A DNA stretch of 64,000 nt from Macrostomum lignano (lineage: Eukaryota), in contig NIVC01000521.1 of assembly GCA_002269645.1 (NCBI GenBank), positions 124,001 to 188,000 of the forward strand. Reading direction: 5' to 3'. How positions within the stretch are numbered: position 1 is the stretch's first letter; the number at the start of each line of letters is the position of its first letter. The notes beneath the pieces were generated by a model, which saw nothing but the letters and a program-made list of their open reading frames with translations, did not search any database and was not told the DNA's origin. The position numbers were made by a program, and so were the translations under genes. Positions 1 through 13,885 of the stretch are shown here, one piece after another.

Positions 1-1864
1 ATTCCTCATTGACTGTCAGGATGCAGGGAATGGAATATTCATGAATAGGGAATTCCTCATTACTATATAACGTTACTCTTCCAGAAACTGGGATTTTTAC
101 AGACTAAGCAGGCAGCTACACAGGTAGCTAAAGATGCTGAGGGGCATGCAGCCTCCTGCTTGTTCCACGCAGCAAGAAGAGCAACCCTCCTGAGACCCCT
201 TCTCTGGCTAGCCAGTTTTTTCTTTAATTTCCTTTTCTCTTGTTTTCTGCTATCGAAAAACGCCTCCCCCGCTCCCGGCGCACCCAGCCCTGGCCCAGGT
301 GGCCCTCGAGAGCAGGATTAATCTTCATCTTGGAGGCTGAGCTATTACAGATAGATGGATTGGGCGATGGGGAGAGTCGAAGAGATAGCGAGTTGGGAAG
401 CAAATTCCGCTCATTTTTCTTATCTCAGGCCAAGTCAAAGACAGGAGTCTGGTCTCCCTCATCGCACTGGACTCATTAACTCTTTCCTGCACTGTCAAAT
501 GCCTTCCAGCCCTGTCACCGGCATGATTTGTCGAGTCCGGCCGGAGCCTCCGGGAAGAGAAGGGGAGAAGTCGCATTGATCTTCTCTGTCATTTTCTTAC
601 GAGCTGTGCCCGAACCCCATCACCCAGGAGTCTTAGGCGGGCCATTTGGAAGCAGCTGCGATAGACAATTTCCTAATGCCCACCTCATCCGCAATGGGCT
701 ATGCCTGGGCATCCGGTGCGTCCGTCTCTTCTGTCTGAGTGTGGCCTCAACTACCTACAGCTCTCGTATCAGCGCCTCCTTGGCCCCCCGCCCCCCACTC
801 TCCGCTGCTCTTCATGCCACTGCCGCTGTCAACGACCCGAGCTCCACACTCTTGGCGAGCTTTCATTGGGGAGGGGGGCTCATTGGCATCGACGGAGGCC
901 ACTCAAGCAGCAGCTAGGGCTCACACTCACCCTGCTGCTCAATATGCGAGTACTATAGACGGAGGCCAGAGTGTTGTGCGTGCGAGAGTCAACTCAATTC
1001 GCTTCTCTTCAATCCTTCAGCTCGCGTCACTCAGCACTTCATGTTCGACTCTTGAGAGGATCAGATTCGCTCTTCTGTTCTCTTAGTTTCTCTCCCTCTC
1101 TCGCTCTCTTCTCGAGCATTTCATGCGCAGTCAGTCTCTCTTTTCAGTTCTTCGCTTCCAATCTCGGGCAAAAGTTTCCGAGCTCTAGCTGGCTTTGCTT
1201 TACTTCAGCTTCCATTAGTTGCTAACCCGTAGGCTTAGAGTTAGAGTCAGGGTTAGGAATAGTTTCAAGTCTCCCAAGGCGACACAGCCAGGTGATATTC
1301 TCCAGAGCATTCCAGACATCCCGGATGTTGCCAGTCTCTGCCAAGGTCTCATCTGGAACACGCCTTCTTTCGTTTATTCTGAACGCGCTGAAACCTTGAG
1401 AGACTTTTCTTACAGTTTCTTGCAGAGCGTCTCCCCGGGTGAGCTGTCAGTTTGCACGGATACGGCTGCACAGAAGTTTTACGCGGACGGGGTGGGGGGG
1501 GCAGCTCAACCTGCATCCTTCTTCACACTGAGTCAGCCGTGTCCCTCGGCTTCCTCCCCACTAACCAGTTTTACAATGGGCGATCCCATGTGGCTGGGGG
1601 ATCTGGCCGGTGAGGGTGGGCGGCTGACAGGGGCTGCATGTGGACGCCTTCAGCAGCGGAAGTTGGGAGCTGCGCCAGACAACACCGGAAGAAGATCGAT
1701 CCCTTCTAGCTTGGGCAGAGTGAGCAGGTCTGCTACCGCTGTAGCAGTGGCAGAAGAAGAAACAGAATTTCAGAAAAGAATTGGCGCATGCCATTGATAA
1801 CTTCTTTTGGCTGCAATTTATTAACCGTCTTTTTCAAAGAATAAAGATTACTGATTGTGGAATA

Positions 1865-2656
1865 CAGCTGGAGGTTTGGAGGTTTGCCAGCTGGAGATTC
1901 GGAGGTTTGCCAGCTGGAGGTTCGGAGGTTTGCCAGCTGGAGGTTTGGCAGTTTGCCAGCTGGAGGTTCGGAGGTTTGCCAGCTGGAGGTTCGGAGGTTT
2001 GCCAGCTGGAGGTTCGGAGGTTTGCCAGCTGGAGGTTCGGAGGTTTGCCAGCTGGAGGTTTGGAGGTTTGCCAGCTGGAGGTTCGAAGGATTGCCAGCTG
2101 GAGGTTCGGAGGTTTTCCAGCTGTAGGTTCGGAGGTTTGCCAGCTATAGGTTCGGAGGTTTGCCAGCTGGAGGTTCGGAGGTTTTCCAGCTGTAGGTTCG
2201 GAGGTTTGCCAGCTATAGGTTCGGAGATTTGCCAGCTGGAGGTTCGGAGGTTTGCCAGCTGGAGGTTCGGAGGTTTGCCAGCTGGAGGTTCGGAGGTTTG
2301 CCAGCTGGAGTTTTGTAGGTTTGCCAGCTGGAGTTTTGTACGTTTGCCAGCTGGATTTTTTGTAGGTTTGCGAGCTGGAGTTCTGTAGGTTTGCCAGCTG
2401 GAGGTTAGAAGAATTGCCAGCTGGAGGTTAGAAGGATTGCCAGCTGGAGGTTAGAAGGATTGCCAGCTGGAGGTTAGAAGGATTGCCAGCTGGAGGTTAG
2501 AAGGATTGCCAGCTGGAGGTTAGAATGATTGCCAGCTGAAGGTTAGAAGGATTGCCAGCTGGAGGTTAGAAGAATTGCCAGCTGGAGGTTAGAAAAATTG
2601 CCAACTAAAGGTTAGAAGAATTGCCAGCTGGAGGTTAGAAGGATTGCCAGCTGGAG
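1865..2656. repeat. 23-bp minisatellite (GGAGGTTTGCCAGCTGGAGGTTC grading into GGAGGTTAGAAGGATTGCCAGCT)
   Basis: Direct tandem copies; 23-aa periodicity in the overlapping ORFs; the variant changes gradually from left to right. Confidence 0.95.
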
Positions 2657-2903
2657 AAAACTGAACACAATGTGCATTTCCCAAATGAATAATTGGACTC
2701 AAAGAGCCTCCCTAATTAAGAGAAAGTTTCAGACTTCTGCTTAGCCAACTAGACAAGAAATATTTATTGATCTGCACTAATAGTTATTCGGCAAGCGGCG
2801 TTTTGTTAATTCAGAAACATTTCTGCCCCTGGCTTGGCTTTACTGACTCGGGAGCGGCCCCTGTTTCCCGTTTCAGTTTTTTCCATACGCGAGCCACGTC
2901 GGT

Positions 2904-4226
2904 ATGAACCACCCCTGCTGTGCCGACTCCGGCGCCAAAAGCGACTCCGGCGATAGCGGCCTGGGCACCGCAGCCTCGCCAGACGGAGGAGCCGCAGCGG
3001 CAGCGGTCGCGGCAGTCTGTCGCGACTTCCTCCGCCACGTGTGCAAGCGGGGCCGTCGGTGCCGCTACCGGCACCCTGAGCCCGAGGAGTGCGCGCGTCT
3101 GGCCCGCTCCGCCGAGCCCGTCTTCTGCCACGACTACCAGAACGGCGGCTGCCAGCGGCCGGCCTGCCGATTCGTCCACTGCAGCCGCGAGGAGGAGGCC
3201 GCCTACAGAAGCACGGGCGTTCTGCCCGCTTGCCTCTTGCAGGAGCAGCAGGAGCAGCAAGAACAGCAGCAACTACAGGCCGACTTGGCCGCGGCGAGCG
3301 CCGCATTTGCAGATGCAGCTTCCGATCAACCGCCCATCTGCAAGGACTTTCTGAAGGGCGCCTGCGTACGCGGGGCCAAGTGCCGATTCCGACACGTCGA
3401 GCAGCCGGCGTCAACGCCGCAGCCTCCGCAGCCTCCATCGCAGCCGTCGCAGCAGACACTGACTCAGGCACCACCAGCAGCTGCTCTGGACGACTTGACA
3501 ACGTTTCAACTGCCAAAACGGCGCCGACTGGAAATTCCAGAGCCTGCACCGACACTGCCGACACTGCCGATACTGCCGACGCTGCCGACACTGCCGACAC
3601 TGCCAACGCAGGCGCAGAACGCGACCATGTCATTCTCAGCATCGACAACGGCATCATCCTCAACAGTTTCCGTATCGACTTCGAATGCCGCAGCGGCCGC
3701 GGCAGCTGCAGCAGCCGCTGCTTTCGGCTTCCTGCCCTCCGGCGGCAGCTGTGGCGGCCTCGTTGGCAGCCTCGACTGGAGCGGCCGCTGCGAGCTGCGC
3801 GCTCTGGCCGAAGAGAACGCCGTCCTGCGGCGCCGGCTAGATGAACTGCGAAGGCAGTGCGGCGATCTACTGGCAGCCAATGAGCTGCTGCTCGATCAGA
3901 ACGCCCGCCTACGCGGCAGCTCCATCGGCAGCTGCTCAAAGTTTCCCCTAGCCGGGCAGCAGCAGCAGCAGCCGATGGACGCGCTGACCTTCGCCCAGGC
4001 CGCGATGAACGACTTTGCCGCTGCGGCCGCTGTCGCCGCTGCCGCCTCAGCCGCTGCGGCTTCGGCTGGTGCGCCACCGCCGCCGCAGCCAGCGCCAGCT
4101 TTGCCGCCGCAGCCGCAGCCGCAGCCGCCAACGTCAGCATCGGCGGCTGTTCAAGCGGCTGCCGCAGCGGCGGCGTTTCTGGCCTTCCAGCCGGGAGCGA
4201 AGCTGGGCGGCCAGCCGATGCACTGA
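2904..4226 (+). CDS. ZC3H10: Zinc finger CCCH domain-containing protein 10 homolog, single coding exon, 440 aa
   Basis: Three C3H1 fingers (VCRDFLRHVCKRGRRCRYRH, FCHDYQNGGCQRPACRFVH, ICKDFLKGACVRGAKCRFRH) and the ZC3H10-type coiled coil EENAVLRRRLDELRRQCGDLLAANELLLDQNARLR. Acceptor-like TTTCAG at 2871-2876 upstream of the ATG. Confidence 0.92.
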   Translation: MNHPCCADSGAKSDSGDSGLGTAASPDGGAAAAAVAAVCRDFLRHVCKRGRRCRYRHPEPEECARLARSAEPVFCHDYQNGGCQRPACRFVHCSREEEAAYRSTGVLPACLLQEQQEQQEQQQLQADLAAASAAFADAASDQPPICKDFLKGACVRGAKCRFRHVEQPASTPQPPQPPSQPSQQTLTQAPPAAALDDLTTFQLPKRRRLEIPEPAPTLPTLPILPTLPTLPTLPTQAQNATMSFSASTTASSSTVSVSTSNAAAAAAAAAAAAFGFLPSGGSCGGLVGSLDWSGRCELRALAEENAVLRRRLDELRRQCGDLLAANELLLDQNARLRGSSIGSCSKFPLAGQQQQQPMDALTFAQAAMNDFAAAAAVAAAASAAAASAGAPPPPQPAPALPPQPQPQPPTSASAAVQAAAAAAAFLAFQPGAKLGGQPMH

Positions 4227-7200
4227 GGCACCGAGGATTCGCTATGGATGCAGAGGTGGGAACACCTGCTAGATTTTCTTAGAAACGGAGTTTTTCCGGT
4301 GTTAATATCAGGCAGTCAAAATTCGAACGCCCGCATACATAGGAAAATTCCATAATTGTGTAAAAATTCACCAACCTTCTTTTAAAATGCCTACTGACAA
4401 GTAGACTGAGATGGCAATCTAGATCATATTTTTTAGATTGTTTGAAGCAAGCTAAATTGCGGAACTCAAGTCTCGATTTTCAAATATAATATTATTCACT
4501 GTCTCCAAATTTGTTTGATCTAATCAAATTTATGCATAACTTCTTAGTGATTATTTTTTGCTAAATCGTTGTCTACGAACTCTGTTATGTTTTGTTGGAT
4601 TTTTCCCGCTGCCCTCTGCAGCTCGTCTGAGCTAAGATACGATCATTCTCCGTCTCTATGCCCAACCGACTCAATTCTATTAACATGCGCAAGCTGCACT
4701 GTAGAAAATTGCCCATTTCGCTTCAGGTTTTTGTACACAACAAATGACTTGACAGAAGGCGCACTGTATTGGCTAAACATTAGCCTACCTAAAGATGGCC
4801 CAGCTGTTTCAGAACTTGTACAATAAATTGATTTTTGAAAGTTGAAAGTTGAAAGTTGATCTTCCTTTTGTTAGACCACAATCAGTGGTTGAGTATCTGT
4901 GAGTATCTAATCAGAATAGCTGAGTATCTGAATATCGAGTATCTGATGGTCTCCCCGCAGTATCGCAGTATCTGAATATTTGAGTATCTGAGAATCTACG
5001 TTCCGGAATCTAAATTAAGTTATGTGTGCGTTCTTGATCTACTACTTGAAGTAGTTGATACAGCCATCTGCTATCCATTTATGAAGAAAGACGCACAAGT
5101 GAGCTTGCAGTTTTGTGCGAATCTCATATCGAGAGTTAAAGAACGATTCCAATTAATTTGTAGGTCAGGGGCGACTCTGATCAAAATTTCAGGGCTAGTT
5201 GCATGGAGAGCGGGTCAAAATTATATATCAGGAAGAGCTAAGGACAATATATGAATATAATAACTTCGATTTTGTACGTCAGCATCAGAATCAAAAAGGG
5301 AGATTGGCGCGCGTTGATGTGGGATACTTTATTTTGTACCAATTAAATGACGACTTAAGTTGTTCTTATATTGTATTTGATCAATATAAGTGAAAACTAA
5401 CTTGATTTTTGATTTTTTAATACATGATCTTTTGATACTTATGTGGACCGATTGTAGGAAAAGTATCGAATGTACGTAATATACATTTACAATACCATTG
5501 GGGACTGTTTTGAAAGCCGGTTTTTGTCAACGATGACATATGCAAAGTAGTAGATGAAAAAAAATAATGGAAGCATTATCTGTTCACCATTTTTGTAGAA
5601 ACGAGCTTCTTTAGAGGATTATAAAAATTGGATACGTATCAGGGACATTCTTGCAACCAAAAAAGTTACGTATCGGAGACGTCCCACTTTCTATTGGATA
5701 TGTAATTTTGCCATGCGGGCAAAGAAAGCTGTTAAATGGTAAGATATTTTCATCTACTCTCTTCTGAAATAAAAAAATAAGTTAAACCAGTCGGGCGCCT
5801 CGAATGCGCTGCTGATCGTCGATTAACGGTAGATCCGCCGATCCGTGCACACTCCACATTAATGTAGGCCAGCCCACCCTCAAGGCAACAGTGTACATCT
5901 CTGGAACTCTGGTGATAAAGAAACCTTCTGCATATGTAATGAACACAAGGTACGGACAATCGATATTACTACGCTGTTCATAATTTTCTCGTGAATCATG
6001 GGGTACAGGTCTACCACCGTATTTGCGGCATCGCCTAAACCCCCTTTGTCAACTAAGTCGACAGTGTCAAAATATAACCATAGTCATAGGTGTTTGGCAA
6101 GAGTTCGGCTTACTATATTTTTTCGAATTAGCCTCTGGAGGGCAAACGTACTTCGATGCGAAGTCTTGCCGACGCAAAAAATTGAGTTTTTTAAAAACCA
6201 TTTCTGAGTTCTCCGAAAACGCAGCGCGCTAGCCTTTAGCGCTAATTTAAAAATATACGAATTTTATAATCTATTTCTAAGATAATGATGCGATCCGATC
6301 ATGCCGTACTCAGCAGTCACCAGCAGGCCAGCAGCCCTCTCAACATGTTATTAATCATTTATTTAAAATAAGCTTCGATATGGAATTCTTATTAGTTTTT
6401 TCCTTATCATTTCAAATCCAAGCTAGCAATATTTTATGTGATTCGGTCCAGATGTTTTCTAAATTTTCTAGAAAAAAGAATATTAGAAGATTAGAGGATA
6501 TTAGAAAAGTAGAATATTTTCTAAATTAGAAAATAAATCTGGAGGTCTATTTTCTAAAAGAATAATTTTTATGAAAACTTAGAAACAGTAAACCAATTAA
6601 GAGATTTAAAAATATTAAAATTTATGTTGACAAATAAAAATGCTTAAAAAGCCAAAAGGGCTTGCCCTAACATCATTAAAATTTATTTTTTTTTATATGC
6701 TGCATTTTGTATTAGGCTTGCCCTGCCCTAAGAAAACCAGCTTTAGTGCCCAAGTATGCTTTTTCTGTATGCCCCCCTTGCTGTGCCCCCCTTGCTATGT
6801 GTATATATTTTCTTGTGTTAATTAGATGGGTGCCTATTTATAGTTTGGATTATGTATTACTATTAGTGAACACCAGGTTTTATTCTAGAAAAATGATGAG
6901 ACCTTGTTTGTATTCCAAGTTTATGTGCCAATATAAAAATTGCCATTTGACACAATGTATCTGCTATGTCATGTACACTGAGATATATCCTAATAGATGC
7001 TAAGAAATGGTAAGACCCTTATTATATACTAGGAAATCCTGGCATATATGTTGCCTTCTAAACTATGGGTGCCTATCTCTTTATTAGCAAGAAAGTATTT
7101 TATTCTAGTTGCACTGCTAAGCAAGCAATGTTTTTGTGCAATTCTTTCTTTAGTAGCAATTGGTAGCAATCTACATAACTTTGATAATAAGTCTTTTATA

Positions 7201-8537
7201 TAGCTTAAATTAAATATAGCTTTCTTTAAATATTTTTACTTAGACAAAATGACAAAATGACAAGTCAAGTGCCTACTATCTTATCTGATTGTCAATTCAA
7301 TGGTCCTTTTCCACGTGTTATAATCAAAGTATATTATACTCTACTTATATATGACTAATCAGTTCATCCATTTAATGATTTTTATACTAAAGCCTTTATG
7401 ACCTTTAATAGAAAAAAACGCATTTGATGAAAATAAATTAGACAATTGTACATTTGTCTAATATGAACAAATTTCTTAGAAAGCACATTTAAAAAGCATA
7501 TGATAAAGATTAGATAAAACAAGTATAATTTAAAAAAGAAAGCCAATATGCATTGACTAATATGATTGTACTAAAATAATCAATAAGATTAGGGCCTATA
7601 TACTATTGTTATGTTTTCATTGTCCCCAAATTTGACTAGATTATTGCCAAATTTGTCAATGGTGAATTTTTTTGTTTAATTTATTTGTTGCCAAATTGTT
7701 TAGCACCTTTTTTAATAAAGTAGACACATAGAAGAGAAGGGTTGCAAAGAATAAAGAAAAGGAAAGACATTTAGCTTAACTAATCAGCTAGCAAAACTAA
7801 GCATAGGCCTACTATATAAGGGAGATACAAAGCCTTATTATAAGGCTTATTGTTGTTAGCCAAAACTAGCTAAAGCATACAAATCTAATATCAATATTCT
7901 TGTATATAGAAAGAAACTTAGGCTTAAACCTAGAATATTAACTTGTTAGTAAGCCAATAAAGGGTATAATTATAATTCCCTTTTTATTTATATAGTTGAA
8001 ATAAAAAATGTTCTGGACACTGCATATATGCGCCAATCTTTAGTGTTGGCCAAAGTTCTGGCACTTCTGGCACTTTTAGTACCAGAAGTTACTTTTTTAA
8101 AGCGGCAATTTTTTCTAGTTCTTTTTTTAGAATGCCAAGCTTGGGTAATAGAAGTTACTTTTTGATAAGTCCAGTCCTCCGGTACTTGATAACTAAATTA
8201 TAATAAATTATGATAAATTATGATTAACTTATTAAATAAATTGAGATATAGAATTTATTTTTAGATTTTGTTACTTTTGAAGATTTATGATAATTTCTTT
8301 AAAATTGTGTTCAAGCATTTTGTATAATGGTTTTAGCCACCAAAGTAACAATAAACAAAACACTATTGAAAGATGTTCAAAATTTCAAGATACATTGTTT
8401 GCCTATTAAAAACCTACATATATGTTGAATTATGATTAAGTAAAATTGGATAATTTTTCATACATGATTTATTTATATATGTTGCAGCCAATTAACACAT
8501 TGATTTGACTGTAAATCTAATTCAAGTACAGTCAGAC

Positions 8538-8701
8538 ATGTCAATCAACTTGCGCCAGCTGGTCTCAAGAAAAAAGAAGCGCTTTGAGGATGGCGAGTTT
8601 AATTTGGATTTATCATACATAACGCCTCAGATAATCGCTATGGGCTTCCCGGCTGAGACACTCGAACGAATTTATCGAAATGACATCAGCGAGGTGTCCA
8701 G
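8538..8701 (+). CDS. PTEN: PTEN homolog coding exon 1 (MSINLRQLVSRKKKRFEDGEFNLDLSYITPQIIAMGFPAETLERIYRNDISEVSR)
   Basis: Matches the PTEN N-terminus (LDLxYI, IIAMGFPAE, YRN). Donor AG|GTGAGT at 8702, phase 2. Confidence 0.95.
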
Positions 8702-8744
8702 GTGAGTAATGCAACAGGTGCTGAGGGGCAGGAGACCGAGGGAC

Positions 8745-9125
8745 TGTAAGAGAGCGGGAATGTTGATGAAGAGAGGGCGGGAATGTTGGTGAAGACAGGG
8801 CGGGAATGTTGGTGAAGGCAGGGCGGGAATGTTGATGAAGAGAGGGTGGGAATGTTGGTGAAGAGAGGGTGGGAATGTTGGTGAAGAGAGGGCGGGAATG
8901 TTGGTGAAGAGAGGGCGGGAATGTTGGTGAAGAGAGGGTGGGAATGTTGGTGAAGAGAGGGTGGGAATGCTGATGAAGAGAGGGTGGGAATGCTGATGAA
9001 GAGAGGGCGGGAATGTTGGTGAAGAGAGGGTGGGAATGTTGGTGAAGAGAGGGCGGGAATGTTGGTGAAGAGAGGGCGGGAATGTTGGTGAAGAGAGGGC
9101 GGTAATGTTCATGAAGAGAAGAAGG
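8745..9125. repeat. 23-bp minisatellite GAGAGGGCGGGAATGTTGGTGAA in PTEN intron 1
   Basis: Direct tandem copies. Confidence 0.95.
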
Positions 9126-9769
9126 GAATGTCAAAAGCAATCCTCTTCTTTTTAGGCTATCATTAGTTTCCCGAAAAAAACTTTGTGCTTTTTTAGGGCA
9201 CTGACAAGATTTCCTAATGTAGCTCTGTGCGTCCTCGTGTCTGTCTTGCTCTTTAATTTTCCCACAAGTTGGGGGGTAGTTAGTGCTGAGATATACAGTT
9301 TTTTAATTGAGCAGCTCAAGAGGAACCCTCCCCATTCTTGAGACAATTATCCTTGGCCTGAGTAGTAATGCTAGGTCTTCAGTTTATGGCTTGATCGAAG
9401 CGACAGTGGGGCGATATATATATACAGTACTGAAATGCCGCTTAACTAAGGGTTTAAAGTATGCACTCTCTCACCCTCTATTAGTTGGTGTAGATGGAAA
9501 TTACACTGGTTGGCAACTACCTGTCTCTCTAACCTGGCTTTGCTTAATTATTATTGAAAAGTGCAATGAGGTGTAGCTAGAGCTAGTATTAGTCCAGATT
9601 GTATGCACAATGAAGGCAGAGAATTTATTCATCATTTTTGCACTTTCCCAGTATTTTTTACATCGTGTAGTTAGTTTGTATGCTCAATTCTAGACTCTAG
9701 ATACTACCCTTGTATTCGAATGCGCTTGTCCTGTCTTCCAAAAAGCAAAGTTTTTGAAGTGAATGAAAA

Positions 9770-10148
9770 ACGACTGAAAATGGTATCCAAAAGTGACTGA
9801 AAATAGTCTCCAAAAGTGACTGAAAATAGTATCCAAAAGTGACTGAAAATGGTCTCCAAAAGTGACTGAAAATGGTCTCCAAAAGTGACTGAAAATAGTC
9901 TCCAAAAGTGACTGAAAATGGTCTCCAAAAGTGACTGAAAATAGTCTCCAAAAGTGACTGAAAATAGTCTCCAAAAGTGACTGAAAATAGTCTCCAAAAG
10001 TGACTGAAAATAGTCTCCAAAAGTGACTGAAAATAGTCTCTAAAAGTGACAGAAAATAGTCTCCAAAAGTGACAGACAATAGTCTCCAATAGTGACTGAA
10101 AATAGTCTCTAAAAGTGACTGAAAATAGTCTCCAAAAGTGACTGAAAA
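9770..10148. repeat. 23-bp minisatellite CCAAAAGTGACTGAAAATAGTCT, left half (interrupted by the Helitron)
   Basis: Tandem copies ending in ...GACTGAAAA exactly at the element start. Confidence 0.95.
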
Positions 10149-11309
10149 TCCAATATACTAAAAATGAGTTGTCTGTATGTATGTGGGTAGGTATGCGATA
10201 GATTTCAGAAAAAATGGCTCAACCGATTTTCTTCAAACTTGCACCATTCGATCAGAAATTTTCCTGGGACGGTACATGCATCTTGGCTAAGAAATTGCTC
10301 AATTTTAAAGGGATTAAATATTCGAAAAACATGCTTTTTGCAAAGGTCAAGCAGCTCTTTCGACCTGAAATGCATTGTAAGAATGCTAGAGAAAAAACTG
10401 ACTGACTGAATTCCACTTGTGATAAGGATTACATCACAACCAGTGCCGAAAAAATGCACACAAGACTTGATAGAAATTGCGTAACCATATTGCTAACTTA
10501 AATTGAGACTGATACTGGCTGACTGAGAAATTGATTATGTCATAACTTTTTACTCTAACCGATTTGCTATAAGAATTTAATTATAAGTGCCACATTTCAT
10601 GTTCTCCAATTGACAAGAGATAGCATAGATGCAAACAGACTGGAATGCTAACGTAGCGACCTGGGTTCGAATCTTAGTAGTGTAAAAAGAAAAAGAGTCT
10701 TTTTTTCTTTTTGTCTGTATTGTCTGTATGTGGGTAGGTAGGTAGGTATGCGATAGATTTCAGAAAAATTGGCTCAACCGATTTTCTTCAAACTTGCACC
10801 ATTCGATCAGAAATTTTCCTGGGACGGTACATGCATCTTGGCTAAGAAATTGCTAATTTTAAAGGGATTAAATATTCGAAAAACACGCTTTTTTTGCAAA
10901 GGTCAAGCAAAATTTTCGACTTGAAATGCATTGTAAGAATGCTAGAGAAAAAACTGACTGACTGAATTTCAATTCTGATAAAGATTGCATCACAAAAAGA
11001 TGAAAACAGTGTCGAAAAAATGCACACAAGGCTTGATTGTAATTGCGTAACCATATTGCTAACTTAAATTGAGACTGATACTGGCTGACTGAGAAATTGA
11101 TTATGTCATAACTTTTTACTCCAATTGACTTGCTGTAAGAATTGAATTATAAGGACCACAATTCATGTTCTCCAATTGAAAAGAGATAGCCAAGATGCGA
11201 ACAGACTGGAATGCTAACGTAGCGACCTGGGTTCGAATCTTAGTAGTGTAAAAAGAAAAAGATTTTTTTTATCAAAACACCTTAAAAAACACAAAACTGC
11301 TAAACATAA

Positions 11310-13330
11310 TAGAAGCGCAATGTCAAACATAGAAGAGCCACCATGTCAAACATAAAAGAGCCACCATGCCAAACATAAAATAAGCACTATGTCAAACATA
11401 TATGTGACTCCACGTCAAACATTTAAGAGCCACCATGTCAAAACATTTAAGAGCCACCATGTCAAACATTTAAGAGCCACCATGTCAAACATATATGTGA
11501 CTTTATGTCAAATTTTAAAGAGCCACCATTTCGAACATTAAATAGCCACTTTGTCAAACATTAGAGAGCCGCCGTGTCAAACATAAAAGAGCCACCAGGT
11601 TAAACATTAAAGAGCCACCATGTCAAACAATAAAGAGCCACCATGTCAAACATAAAAGAGCCACCATTTCGAACATTAAAGAGCCACCATTTCAAACAGT
11701 AAAGAGCCACCATGTCAAACAAAAAAGAGCCACCATGTCAAACATTAAAAAGCCACTTTGTCTAACATTAAAAGAGCCACCATGTCAAACATTTAAGAGC
11801 CACCATGTCAAACATAAAAAAGACACCATTTCGAACATTAAAGAGCCACCATTTCAAACAGTAAAGAGCCACCATGTCAAACATAAAAGAGCCACCATGT
11901 CAAACATTAAAAAGCCACTTTGTCTAACATTAAAGAGCCACCATGTCAAACATTTAAGAGCCACCATGTCAAACATAAAAGAGCCATCATGTCAAACATT
12001 AAAGAGCCACTTTGTTTAACATTAAAGAGCCACCATGTCAAACATTAAAGAGCCACCATTTCGAACATTAAAGAGCCACCATTTCGAACATAAAAGAGCC
12101 ACTTTGTTTAAAATTAAAGAGCCACCATGTCAAACATTAAAGAGCCACCATGTCAAACATAAAAGAGCCACCATGTCAAACCTAAAAGAGCCACCATGTC
12201 AAACATAAAAGAGCCACCATTTCGAACATTAAAGAGCCACCATTTCAAATAGTAAAGAGCCACCATGTCAAACATAAAAGAGCCACCATGTCAAACATTA
12301 AAAAGCCACTTTGTCTAACATTAAAGAGCCACCATGTCAAACATAAAAGAGCCACCATTTCGAACATTAAAGAGCCACCATTTCGAACATAAAAGAGCCA
12401 CCATGTCAAACATTTAAGAGCCACCATGTCAAACATTTAAGAGCCACCATGTCAAACATAAAAGAGCCATCATGTCAAACATTAAAGAGACACTTTGATT
12501 AACATTAAAGAGCCACCATGTCAAACATTAAAGAGCCACCATTTCGAACATTAAAGAGCCACCATTTCGAACATTAAAGAGCCACCATTTCGAACATAAA
12601 AGAGCCACCATGTCAAGTATAAAAGAGCCACCATGTCAAACAATAAAAAGCCACTTTGTCTAACATTAAAGAGCCACCATGTCAAACATTAAAGAGCCAC
12701 CATGTCAAACATAAAAGAGCCACCATGTCAAACCTAAAAGAGCCACCATGTCAAACATAAAAGAGCCACCATTTCGAACATTAAAGAGCCACCATTTCAA
12801 ACAGTAAAGAGCCACCATGTCAAACATAAAAGAGCCACCATGTCAAACATTAAAAAGCCACTTTGTCTAACATTAAAGAGCCACCATTTCAAACATTTAG
12901 GAGCCACCATGTCAAACATTTAAAAGCCACCATGTCAAACATTAAAGAGCCACTTTGTTTAACATTAAAGAGCCACCATGTCAAACATTAAAGAGCCACT
13001 TTGTTTAACATTAAAGAGCCACCATGTCAAACATAAAAGAGCCACCATTTCGAACATTAAAGAGCCACCATTTCGAACAGTAAAGAGCCACCATGTCAAA
13101 CAATAAAAAGCCACTTTGTCTAACATTAAAGAGCCACCATGTCAAACATAGAAGAGCCACCATGTCAGACATTGAAAAGCCACCGTATCAAACATAAAAA
13201 GAGCCACCATGTCAACATAAAAGAGCCACCATGTCAACATAAAAGAGCCACCATGTCAAACATTAAAGAGCCACCATGTCAAACATAAAAGATACACAAT
13301 TTCAAACGTAAAAGTAAGCGAATTTTAAAG
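11310..13330. repeat. 23-bp array AAAGAGCCACCATGTCAAACATT inside Helitron A
   Basis: Tandem copies; a homologous array lies in copy B at about 14590-15990. Confidence 0.9.
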
Positions 13331-13379
13331 GAGCCACTATAATGCTAAGGAAATTGTCGCACTAGCTACTTATTGTCTG

Positions 13380-13885
13380 GTGGATGCTTGCTATTTGGGG
13401 ATGCTATCTATCTGGGGATGCTTGCTCTCTGGAAGATGCTTGCTATCTGGGGGATGCTTGCTATCTTGGGGATGCTTGCTATCTGGGGGATCTTTGCTAT
13501 CTGGGGGGTGCTTGCTATCTGGGGGATCTTTGCTACCTTGGGGATGCTTGCTATCTGGGGGATGCTTGCTATTTGGGGGATGCTATCTACCTGGGGGATG
13601 CTTGCTATCTGGGGGATGCTTGCTATTTGGGGGATGCTATCTATCTGGGGGATGCTTACTATCTGGGGGTGCTATCTATTTGGGGGATGCTTGCTATCTG
13701 GGAGATGCTTGCTATCTGGGGGATGCTTGCTATCTGGGAGATGCTTGCTATCTGGGGGATGCTTGCTATCTGGGGGATGCTTGCTATCTGGGAGATGCTT
13801 GCTATCTGGGGGATGCTTGCTATCTGGGGGATGCTTGCTATCTGGGGGATGCTTGCAATCTGGGGGATGCTTGCTGTCTTGGGAT
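13380..13885. repeat. 18-bp array GGGGATGCTTGCTATCTG inside Helitron A
   Basis: Tandem copies; an expanded and diversified homolog lies in copy B at about 16030-17090. Confidence 0.9.

Noticed and set aside
1-1800. Several 75-190 aa ORFs and a coding-like minus-strand stretch near 1270-1530
   Set aside because: No recognisable domain, in-frame stops and no consistent splice structure; may be a decayed transposon but cannot be supported from sequence alone.
2806-4140. 444-aa antisense ORF over ZC3H10
   Set aside because: Shadow of GC-rich, Ala-biased codons on the sense strand.
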